From contig OY781882.1 in NCBI GenBank assembly GCA_963677125.1, forward strand, positions 5,490,518 through 5,514,517: 24,000 nucleotides of DNA. Reading direction: 5' to 3'. Origin of the DNA: an uncultured Desulfobacter sp. (GTDB taxonomy: Bacteria; Desulfobacterota; Desulfobacteria; Desulfobacterales; Desulfobacteraceae). This document shows positions 10,527-17,440 of the stretch, piece after piece. The notes beneath the pieces are model-generated. The model searched no databases. It saw nothing but the letters and a program-made list of their open reading frames with translations, and had not been told where the DNA came from. The position numbers were made by a program, and so were the translations under genes. Every line of letters begins with the position of its first letter. Position 1 is the first letter of the stretch.

Positions 10527-10904
10527 TTAATCCAACGCAAAGGTGGTTAACCACTTAAAGGCATCATCAATGTTTCTTGCGGTTATAATATCATCAAAGC
10601 CGGTATCCAGATCCACTAACGACGCGGCAACGCCTGGTCGAAACCCTGAAAAAACCGGGGTCGTACCCATCATGGCAATGGCCCTGGCTGCATTTTTCAA
10701 GAGAGCAAATTCGTTTGAATTCAGAATTGTCACGTCAGATAGGTCGATGATGACACCTTTTGCCCGTTTTCTTGTCAGCTGTTTTAGGAGCGCTTCCCTT
10801 ATCCTTAAAATGCTGTTTTCATCCGAGTAACGGGTTAAAGATGCAATCAGGCAATTGTTGACCTGATGAATTGTTGAACCGGATGCGTTCGATGCTTCAT
10901 TCAT
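10527..10904 (-). CDS. rsbS: Single-domain STAS protein, RsbS-like stressosome scaffold
   Basis: 125 aa. The STAS core GVIIDLSDVTILNSNEFALLKN..MGTTPVFSGFRPGVAASL aligns with RsbS GVVIDLTSVDMIDSF. The phosphorylatable Ser is retained (ILNS). The start forms an ATGA overlap with the rsbR-like stop (10901-10904). Confidence 0.88.
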   Translation of the reverse strand: MNEASNASGSTIHQVNNCLIASLTRYSDENSILRIREALLKQLTRKRAKGVIIDLSDVTILNSNEFALLKNAARAIAMMGTTPVFSGFRPGVAASLVDLDTGFDDIITARNIDDAFKWLTTFALD

Positions 10905-11713
10905 TCATTTGCACCCTTTTGTTTTACCTTTAACCCCATCAGCCTGAACGCATCTGAAAGTGCATCCTGAAGCGTTGAATTGGTGGCGATATCCCCAAGC
11001 TCGATACCTAACTGGACAAGGGTTTCGGCAACCGCCGGGGAAATGCCGGAGATAATGCAGCGGCATCCCATCAATTTCGTGGCTTTGGCGATTTTAATCA
11101 AATGATTGGCCACAGCCGTATCCACGGCCGCCACCCCCTGGATGTCCAGGATGATCACCTTTGCCGCGGTTTCCATGATTTTGGAGAGCATGGTATTCAT
11201 CATTTGCTGGGCCCGCAGGGAGTCCACCACCCCCACCACCGGAAGAATCACGACCCTGTCCCAAAGTTTGATGGCCGGTGTTGATATCTCCATGATGGTC
11301 CGGCTCTGCTCTTTGAGTTTTTTTTCCTGCCTGACCCGCTCTGTGATATCAAGAATATATTCCAGACCGCCCACAATGTTTCCGTCCTCATCTTTCATGG
11401 CAGCCGCGGTGTATTCAATGGGGATAAATCTGTCGTTCACTTTCATTTCATTGCGGGTGGTAAAGGACTGTCCCCCTTCCATGACCTGTTTCATCCGGCA
11501 CTCTTCAGTTCCGCAATGACGCGATTGAAAGACATCACGGCATGGCATCATTTTGATCTCTTGCCAGGATTTTCCAAGCATGTTAAGTCCGGCCCTGTTT
11601 ACGAAAATGACCCTCATCTCACGGTTAACCGCCATAATCGGGGTAGGGAGCTGCTGGAGGATGTCGACTGCCAACTCTCCATCAATTTGATCGATGTCCG
11701 GATTATTCATCAC
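10901..11713 (-). CDS. rsbR: PAS-STAS protein, RsbR-like stressosome sensor
   Basis: 270 aa. The N-terminal PAS-like half is ILQQLPTPIMAVNREMRVIFVNRAG..DGNIVGGLEYILDITER. The C-terminal STAS half is VVILPVVGVVDSLRAQQ..VIILDIQGVAAVDTAVANHL..CIISGISPAVAETLVQLG, with the Thr of the RsbR VVDT phosphorylation motif conserved. An AAGGAG Shine-Dalgarno (SD, ribosome-binding) sequence lies ~8 nt upstream of the ATG at 11713. Confidence 0.88.
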   Translation of the reverse strand: MMNNPDIDQIDGELAVDILQQLPTPIMAVNREMRVIFVNRAGLNMLGKSWQEIKMMPCRDVFQSRHCGTEECRMKQVMEGGQSFTTRNEMKVNDRFIPIEYTAAAMKDEDGNIVGGLEYILDITERVRQEKKLKEQSRTIMEISTPAIKLWDRVVILPVVGVVDSLRAQQMMNTMLSKIMETAAKVIILDIQGVAAVDTAVANHLIKIAKATKLMGCRCIISGISPAVAETLVQLGIELGDIATNSTLQDALSDAFRLMGLKVKQKGANE

Positions 11714-12216
11714 AGATATCTCCTTCGGTTGTTGTTTGATGTTGTGATATGATCAATTACCTGACGATATATTTTTCTTTTTGCTTCATTTTTTCGGTGG
11801 TTCTGTATATGCCAAAAGGGACGTCGGCGAAAAAGAAAAAAGAAAAAGAGGGACGAAAAAGAGCCCCCATTGACATCGCTTTAACAGGCATTTATGCCCT
11901 TTTCGCTTAAACATGATGTTTGCCATAATGAATAAAAAGAATATGTTATAGAGTCAATCGATTTTTTAAAGCAAATAATGCATTCATAACATTTGGCTTT
12001 AAATCTTGCAATGTTAAAAATGAATGGTTCATCTTGGTAAGATCGCTTTTTTTTCGACCGAAAAACATGGGATGGGCTGCCGGGCGGCAAAAATTAATAT
12101 TATGTAACAGCCTGTTGAGAAAAAAATTAAAATGACTTAAACTGATCTGCAGGTAATAAATCGTACGAAAATTTATCCGGATTAATGATTCTAATGCCAT
12201 TGTTCAAGGTGTCAAA
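11714..12216. promoter_or_regulatory. 503 bp AT-rich divergent intergenic region; must carry the promoters of the minus-strand stressosome operon and the plus-strand REC/DUF342 operon
   Basis: This is the only long non-coding gap between two divergently oriented operons. It contains a ~50 nt purine-rich tract (11814-11863) with a direct repeat. No promoter could be placed confidently by eye. Confidence 0.4.
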
Positions 12217-12951
12217 ATGACCAAAGATTTTAATCATTCAATTCTGATCGTTGATGATGAGGAAAAAATCGGAAAAGCACTTGAACGTCTGATCAAAAAG
12301 ACCGGTGCCCGTTCTTTTTACGCATCTTCGGGCTCCCAGGCTCTGGATTTCATCCAAACATCAGAAGAACCGCTCTCCATGATACTTTCGGACCAGAGGA
12401 TGCCGGGGATGGAAGGTACCCAGTTTTTGGAAAAGGCCAGGGCCATTACCCCGGATACCATTCGATTTCTGATTACCGGCTATGCAGATATCGATTCGGT
12501 TTCAGATGCGGTAAATCGCGGCGCGGTTCATCGGTTTATTACAAAGCCCTGGGACAATGATGATTTATTGGAGATGATTAAATCTGGGTTGCAATATTAC
12601 GAATTGGTTGTTGAGAACCGGAATTTATTTGCGCTGGCTAAAAAACAAAATATTCGCCTTTATAATTTGAGCCAGGAGCTCAAACAAAAGGCGGCAGTGC
12701 ATAAACGGGTGATTGTACGAAAAGAGAAGCAGATCGTTCAGCTGAAAAAACGATTGGCGAAAGGCATTGATGAGGCAGATTTTTTTGAGCAGATAGAAAA
12801 ATTGCTTGACGAAAATCAGATGCTTGAAAAAGATAGAATTGTGTTATGCTACTGGGCTGTAATCAAAGATTTTTTCCTGAGATTTAAAGATCTTGCTGCG
12901 CGTGACGGGTTTCTTATGCCCACAGAAACCGAACCGGACCACAAAGTGTAA
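12217..12951 (+). CDS. Stand-alone response regulator: canonical receiver plus C-terminal coiled coil, no recognisable output domain
   Basis: 244 aa. ILIVDDEE (acidic pair), MILSDQRMPGMEG (phospho-acceptor Asp), FLITGYAD (Thr), FITKPWD (Lys). These are followed by a heptad-like, Lys/Gln-rich segment: LAKKQNIRLYNLSQELKQKAAVHKRVIVRKEKQIVQLKKRL. Confidence 0.9.
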   Translation: MTKDFNHSILIVDDEEKIGKALERLIKKTGARSFYASSGSQALDFIQTSEEPLSMILSDQRMPGMEGTQFLEKARAITPDTIRFLITGYADIDSVSDAVNRGAVHRFITKPWDNDDLLEMIKSGLQYYELVVENRNLFALAKKQNIRLYNLSQELKQKAAVHKRVIVRKEKQIVQLKKRLAKGIDEADFFEQIEKLLDENQMLEKDRIVLCYWAVIKDFFLRFKDLAARDGFLMPTETEPDHKV

Positions 12952-12995
12952 TTTGATTTTGCAGTTAAGGCATTTGAGAAAGACGGGTATTTTTT

Positions 12996-15494
12996 TTGCG
13001 TTCCAGAAGCAAAGGGGCCTTTATCATCGAAACTAAACAACAGGAAAACAAAATCCTGATAATCGACCCGCAGGGTATAATTGAAAAGAAAACCGGGCTG
13101 TTATCGGAAAAAGGATTTGAGGTGGAGTGTTTTAACTCTCCCGCCGACGGCCTGGCACGTTTGGCCCAGGAGTCAGCATTCCCATATTTTCTGATTATTG
13201 AGGGATGTGTTGAAATAGAAAATGGACAAAAAACGATCCTTGCAAGGGCCAAAGAAATATCACCGGACACCCAGCGACTCTTGGTCGGAGCGCCTTTCGC
13301 ACTGCCCTCTTTTGTTAATGCGATAAATTTTGCCGGGATTCATGCGTGTCTGCCTTTGCCCTTTACGGACGAAGACCTGCTTGTTCAGGTCAGACTGCGG
13401 CATGATGAATATCTGGCCGGCAGAAAAATAAAAAGCCTCCAGAAGACGATTCAACGCCAGAATAAGCAGTTGTTTCAGATCGCTGGAAATTTGAGAAAGA
13501 AAGAGACGCTGTATGCGGAGCAGATTCAACAAAAAGAAAAGGAAATCAGAGTTCTGGAATCCAGGCTCAAAAGCCTTTTCGGGGACAATGAATTAGAATC
13601 CGGGCCAAAGCTTAAAACCCTGTTGGAAAAAGAAAATATTAGTTTAAATGCATTGGCCTTCCGGCAGGCATTTGATGATTTAAAAAAACGCGTTAGAGAC
13701 ATCTTTTTAACCATTATTTCAAAAAGCGAACAGTCTGAGGCGTTGATGCTTTCAGAAAAAGAGTTTATTCATGCCCTGGCACAACATTCTGATCAATTGG
13801 ATGAAACCATTGATACCACGGAATACGAATCCCTTGCCGGTTTGCTGACCCCGGTGCTTTTGAATTTAATGATTTGGCGGGTTAATCGTGACCCGGAAGG
13901 TATTTCGGACGAAAAACAGCAAGATGTCCTAAAATATTTCAGCATCGATTTTTTAGATAACAGGACCCAGGCTTATATTCGGCTTAACAAAGATGCTCCG
14001 GAAGGGATGACGGTTTACATGATAGAACAGCTTCTTCATAAAAACGGGATTATTTTTGGACTCATCGAAGAATCGTCCATCGAAGAATGGCTTTATGGAG
14101 ATGCCAGAACGGGAGAAAAGCTGCTTATTGCTGAGGGAAAGCAGCCTGTTTCGCCAACCCAGGGAGAAGTTCACTATTATTTCCCAAGCAATTTCAGGCG
14201 TGCAGGCAGAATAAATCCGGATGGAAGCATAGATTACAGAGACAGGGGCGAAGTGCCCCATGTGGAAGCGGGTATTATGCTGGCCTCAAAGATATTCCCT
14301 AAGCCCGGGGAACCCGGTATAGATGTTAAAGGCATGGAAATACCGGTGCCGGAGCCTGTGGATCAGGCTTTTTCCGCAGGGCCGGGTACCCGGTATAATG
14401 AAGACAAGACTGAAATTTTTTCAACCATAGGAGGTCAACCCCACTTGGATGTTATGGGGGTTGTCTCTGTTAACAAAGAATTCAGGATAAAAGGTGATGT
14501 CGGATTTGAAACCGGCAATATTGATTTCAATGGTAATGTCATTGTGCCGGGTACGGTCAAAGAAGGTTTTAAGGTTAAGTGCGTTTCACTCACAGCCAGG
14601 GAAATTTGCGGCGCACAGGTCGATGTGTCAGGAGATTTGAACGTATCAATGGGCATTGTGGATACAGATCTTATCAATGTTAAAGGCAATATCCAGGCCA
14701 AATACATTCACAATTGTACCATAAATTCCTTTGGGGATTTGACGGTGCACAAAGAGATCGTTGATTCCACCATTTATTTGAGCGGGGCCTGCGATAATGA
14801 AAGGGGCGTCATTCTTAATTCGACCCTGTCGGCAAAGGGCGGGATTAAAGCCGGTGCTGTAGGTAATGAATCTGCCGCACCATCGATTCTGACTGTTGGG
14901 GTTGATGAGCATGTAATCCGATTGGAGGATAAAATAAAATCCAGACTTACAATGAACAGGGATACGATTCATGAGCTTTCATCGGAGATCAGTCAGATGA
15001 AAGAGGTGGACAAGTGGCTTCACGGCACCATAACCGAGAATGCCCACGTTCAGGATCGGTCACTAATAGAGATTCGGGAACTTGAGAACAAAAGGGCCGC
15101 TTTGGACGGAACAAAAGATGCCGCTGAATTAAAAAGTATTTCCGATGGGATTCAAAAATTGGAAAAAAAAGCGAAATATGCAGGGGAAAAAATTAATGAA
15201 TGGTTTGAACGTCAGGACCAGATACATCATGATATTTCAGCAAAAGAGCTTAAAATCGAGGGGTTGGAAAATTTAAACAGGCTGCTTGTTGAACAATTAG
15301 AAAATCTAGAACAGATTTCAAATAAGTCCGCGTCTGTACCTGTGCTGAATATATCAAAGCACATTCAGTCCAAAACAAAAATTAAGGCCCCCCATTCGTT
15401 TAAAATCGTGGACAGGTCCTGCGCTCGATGTGACATAAGGGAAAGGAGTAAGAATGAAGGCGGCATTGTCTATTATATAATGGATATCACTTAA
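12996..15494 (+). CDS. Pseudo-receiver / coiled coil / DUF342 (FapA-type) protein
   Basis: 832 aa. The track start is a TTG at 12996 and no in-frame ATG lies nearby, so the start is uncertain. FapA_N-like block: FSIDFLDNRTQAYIRLNKD..MIEQLLHKNGIIFGLIEESSIEEWL. DUF342 core: GKQPVSPTQGEVHYYF, DYRDRGEVPHVEAGIMLASKIFPKPGEPGIDVKGMEIP. Beta-helix-like repeats: GNIDFNGNVIVPGTV..VSGDLNV..VKGNIQAKYIHNCTINSFGDLTVHKEIVDSTIYLSG. C-terminal coiled coil. Confidence 0.88.
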   Translation: MRSRSKGAFIIETKQQENKILIIDPQGIIEKKTGLLSEKGFEVECFNSPADGLARLAQESAFPYFLIIEGCVEIENGQKTILARAKEISPDTQRLLVGAPFALPSFVNAINFAGIHACLPLPFTDEDLLVQVRLRHDEYLAGRKIKSLQKTIQRQNKQLFQIAGNLRKKETLYAEQIQQKEKEIRVLESRLKSLFGDNELESGPKLKTLLEKENISLNALAFRQAFDDLKKRVRDIFLTIISKSEQSEALMLSEKEFIHALAQHSDQLDETIDTTEYESLAGLLTPVLLNLMIWRVNRDPEGISDEKQQDVLKYFSIDFLDNRTQAYIRLNKDAPEGMTVYMIEQLLHKNGIIFGLIEESSIEEWLYGDARTGEKLLIAEGKQPVSPTQGEVHYYFPSNFRRAGRINPDGSIDYRDRGEVPHVEAGIMLASKIFPKPGEPGIDVKGMEIPVPEPVDQAFSAGPGTRYNEDKTEIFSTIGGQPHLDVMGVVSVNKEFRIKGDVGFETGNIDFNGNVIVPGTVKEGFKVKCVSLTAREICGAQVDVSGDLNVSMGIVDTDLINVKGNIQAKYIHNCTINSFGDLTVHKEIVDSTIYLSGACDNERGVILNSTLSAKGGIKAGAVGNESAAPSILTVGVDEHVIRLEDKIKSRLTMNRDTIHELSSEISQMKEVDKWLHGTITENAHVQDRSLIEIRELENKRAALDGTKDAAELKSISDGIQKLEKKAKYAGEKINEWFERQDQIHHDISAKELKIEGLENLNRLLVEQLENLEQISNKSASVPVLNISKHIQSKTKIKAPHSFKIVDRSCARCDIRERSKNEGGIVYYIMDIT

Positions 15495-15542
15495 ATTCAT
15501 TTCCCAAACTTTTGCGATACCCTATCTGCTATTGTTGTATTT

Positions 15543-15685
15543 AGTGTCTGAACGAAAACCTGGAAATTTTGTTGAGTACAAGGCGGCCTGAAATTAAAAC
15601 CTTCGGAATACATGGCGTATTTCGAGGATTAAAATTTCAGGCCAACGCCGTAATCGGCAAAATTTACGGTTTTCGGTCGGGCACT
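15543..15685 (+). repeat. Long imperfect inverted repeat that folds into an extended ~60 bp hairpin (loop ATGGC at 15612-15616), between convergent genes
   Basis: I paired it base by base from the loop outward: 15601-15611 with 15617-15627, 15585-15595 with 15633-15643, 15564-15571 with 15558-15665 region, and 15543-15560 with 15668-15685. At least six pairs are G-U wobbles on the plus-strand transcript (15606/15622, 15602/15626, 15573/15656, 15572/15657, 15549/15679, 15547/15681). On the minus strand these would be C-A mismatches. Confidence 0.6.
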
Positions 15686-15738
15686 ATTTAAGCGGGACAG
15701 GTTTACTTAACTTATAAGGGAGGAGAGACACTTCATGG

Positions 15739-16572
15739 TCAGGGACTGTCTTGATTTGATTCAAGTCCCTCCGGCAATGGAGTTACGGTCCGAATTGCAA
15801 AATGTCGGTCTTGAATTGTTGTTTTAAGTGCTCTAATACGGGCTTTACACTCGGGATGAGAGGCAAAATACGCCATGAGTCTTCCCGGATCATGGGCCGC
15901 CCCCAAGGCTTGGAAAAATTCGATGGCACCGCCGGCATGGCCATAGTAACAGACCAGGGTTTCCAGGGCCTGGGCGTCGGCCATGGCTTCCCGCTGCCTG
16001 GAATATCGGGCCTGGGTTAAATGGACACCCGGTGCCGTCAGTTGGGTGATGCTTGAACCGGACCCTGTCAAAAGTGCTGAAAGTGCTGTAAGTACAATGC
16101 CGCGGCCCATACCCCGAAGATGATCCCGATGTTTGAAATGTCCCAGTTCATGGGCCAGAACAAAGGCAATCCCGTTTTCCGAACGGATCATGTCAAAAAT
16201 GCCTGAAAACACCACAATGGTTCCTCCGGCAAGCGCCAGGGCATTGGCTGTGTCCGAGGGAATAACGATAATTTTCACAGGATAATCAACATCGCAGCAT
16301 TGTCGTAATTCATCCGTAAGATGCTGAAGCGAGGCCTGACCGCGTTGATCTTCCGGGGGGCCGAGGTTTAAAGGGATCTGGAACCGGGAAAAGATAGCAG
16401 CTTCCATTTCAGGCGAAATGCGGGCGACGGCCCAGTCCACCAGAAATCCGAGTATGAAATAGGCAAAAAGAAAAAAGGCAATTATGCCGGACAACAGCAC
16501 CAACGCCTCTTTGACCGGGCTGTCTTGGGAAATATTGTCGTTGCTTTGGGGCCGTAACGGCTTATAATCCAT
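15739..16572 (-). CDS. M48-family zinc metallopeptidase (HtpX/Ste24-like) with N-terminal TM helix
   Basis: 277 aa. HEXXH motif in VLAHELGHFKHRDH, with a downstream REAMADAQALE acidic/third-ligand region. TM helix: ALVLLSGIIAFFLFAYFILGFLV. The ATG at 16572 overlaps the upstream stop by 1 nt (TGATG). Confidence 0.88.
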   Translation of the reverse strand: MDYKPLRPQSNDNISQDSPVKEALVLLSGIIAFFLFAYFILGFLVDWAVARISPEMEAAIFSRFQIPLNLGPPEDQRGQASLQHLTDELRQCCDVDYPVKIIVIPSDTANALALAGGTIVVFSGIFDMIRSENGIAFVLAHELGHFKHRDHLRGMGRGIVLTALSALLTGSGSSITQLTAPGVHLTQARYSRQREAMADAQALETLVCYYGHAGGAIEFFQALGAAHDPGRLMAYFASHPECKARIRALKTTIQDRHFAIRTVTPLPEGLESNQDSP

Positions 16573-17021
16573 CAGTTGTGTTCAAAATAAACAGCCGTGC
16601 CAAAGGCCAGGACCTCCACAGATCCTACCTGTTTTCTTTTGCCTTTGTAAATGGATGAGGTTTCCAGGCGCAGATTAATGATTTCATCTGCATCCTCGCA
16701 GGATTCATGCAGCCGCAGCAACGCTTCTCGCCGGGCCCGGTCCAACAGGGTCTCATACACGCGAACCTCTCCGCCGAAAAGATTGCGTAAGCCCGCAACA
16801 ATGCGTTTGAAATAATCCACGGAAATGACCACATTGCCGGAAACCAGTTCGCTTTTTTGGATGGCACGCGTTGAATCGCTGACCGTTTTATAGGTGCTGG
16901 CCGGCCGGGTCATCCAGAACTGTTCCCGTTCTTCAATGGACCGGTAGTGCTTTGATTCAGCCATGCGACCGAAAAAATAACCCAGCATGATCAAAACGAT
17001 AAAAATTATGAGTTGTTCCAT
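16572..17021 (-). CDS. Membrane-anchored YbjQ/UPF0145 (DUF74) domain protein
   Basis: 149 aa. N-terminal TM helix: MEQLIIFIVLIMLGYFFG. The YbjQ-like core is VISVDYFKRIVAGLRNLFGGEVRVYETLLDRARREALLRLHESCEDADEIINLRLETS..VLAFGTAV. It parallels the neighbouring 104 aa YbjQ protein. Confidence 0.8.
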   Translation of the reverse strand: MEQLIIFIVLIMLGYFFGRMAESKHYRSIEEREQFWMTRPASTYKTVSDSTRAIQKSELVSGNVVISVDYFKRIVAGLRNLFGGEVRVYETLLDRARREALLRLHESCEDADEIINLRLETSSIYKGKRKQVGSVEVLAFGTAVYFEHN

Positions 17022-17024
17022 GGC

Positions 17025-17339
17025 TTACTCCACTGTAACGGCTGTACCGTAGACGTAAAGTTCTGCCGCTCCTGCCGTTACGGAAGAGGTTGAAAACCGG
17101 ACATTGACAACGGCATTGGCGCCCATCTGTGCGGCCTGGGAAAGCATCCGCTCAATGGCCTGTTCCCGGGATTCCTGCAAAAGCTCGGTGTACCCCTTAA
17201 GCTCGCCGCCGAAAATGTTCTTTAACGAGGCCATCAGATCCCGGCCTAAATGTTTTGCCCGCACCGTACTTCCTGAAACCACACCATGAAATGCAGTTGT
17301 TTTTTTACCTGGGATTTCTTCCGTGTTTGTCATTAACAT
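17025..17339 (-). CDS. ybjQ: YbjQ/UPF0145 family protein (soluble)
   Basis: 104 aa, the typical size. Family signature: GRDLMASLKNIFGGELKGYTELLQESREQAIERMLSQAAQMGANAVVNVRF..YVYGTAV. AGGAG SD ~8 nt upstream. Confidence 0.85.
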   Translation of the reverse strand: MLMTNTEEIPGKKTTAFHGVVSGSTVRAKHLGRDLMASLKNIFGGELKGYTELLQESREQAIERMLSQAAQMGANAVVNVRFSTSSVTAGAAELYVYGTAVTVE

Positions 17340-17395
17340 CTTTTTTCTCCTGGATTTTTTTTATCGCGTCTGAATTTTAAGAAATATGATGTTTT

Positions 17396-17424
17396 ATTTT
17401 GGATGGCCGTTCGCAAGATGTCAA
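17396..17424 (-). promoter_or_regulatory. Candidate sigma70-type promoter for the ybjQ / TM-ybjQ / M48 operon
   Basis: On the minus strand: TTGACA (17424-17419), a 17 nt spacer, then CAAAAT (17401-17396). It lies ~55 nt upstream of the ybjQ ATG. The -10 matches only 4/6 and there is no experimental support. Confidence 0.25.
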
Positions 17425-17440
17425 GAAAAATAGGATCAGT

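Noticed and set aside
10501-10554. A GTG start at 10554 for the RsbT-like gene, overlapping the rsbS-like gene by 28 nt.
   Set aside because: The ATG at 10500 gives a protein of RsbT-like length, and the 18-residue extension (VNHLCVGLNIAGKGLNL) has no counterpart in RsbT as I recall it. This remains uncertain.
6029-11752. Nested or antisense ORFs inside the HD-GYP, second kinase and rsb genes (e.g. 7179-7571, 8175-8771, 9617-10006, 10543-10830, 11106-11519).
   Set aside because: Same reasoning: they are shadow frames of well-supported genes, with no ribosome-binding sites or recognisable motifs.
11994-12010. Sigma-54-like element TGGCTTTAAATCTTGCA on the plus strand, upstream of the REC gene.
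   Set aside because: The GG-to-GC spacing is 13 nt rather than the strictly required 12. The -24 box lacks the CAC, and no enhancer-binding protein gene is present in the window.
11881-12200. Two overlapping minus-strand ORFs (69 and 84 aa) in the divergent intergenic region.
   Set aside because: They are AT-rich, with odd composition, no SD sequence and no motif. This region is more plausibly promoter or leader DNA.
15735-15827. A 30-codon plus-strand ORF (MVRDCLDLIQVPPAMELRSELQNVGLELLF) with a strong GGGAGGAG SD 9 nt upstream, antisense to the 3' end of the M48 gene.
   Set aside because: It is very short, has no recognisable features and overlaps a well-supported gene. It cannot be separated from chance without ribosome profiling or conservation data.
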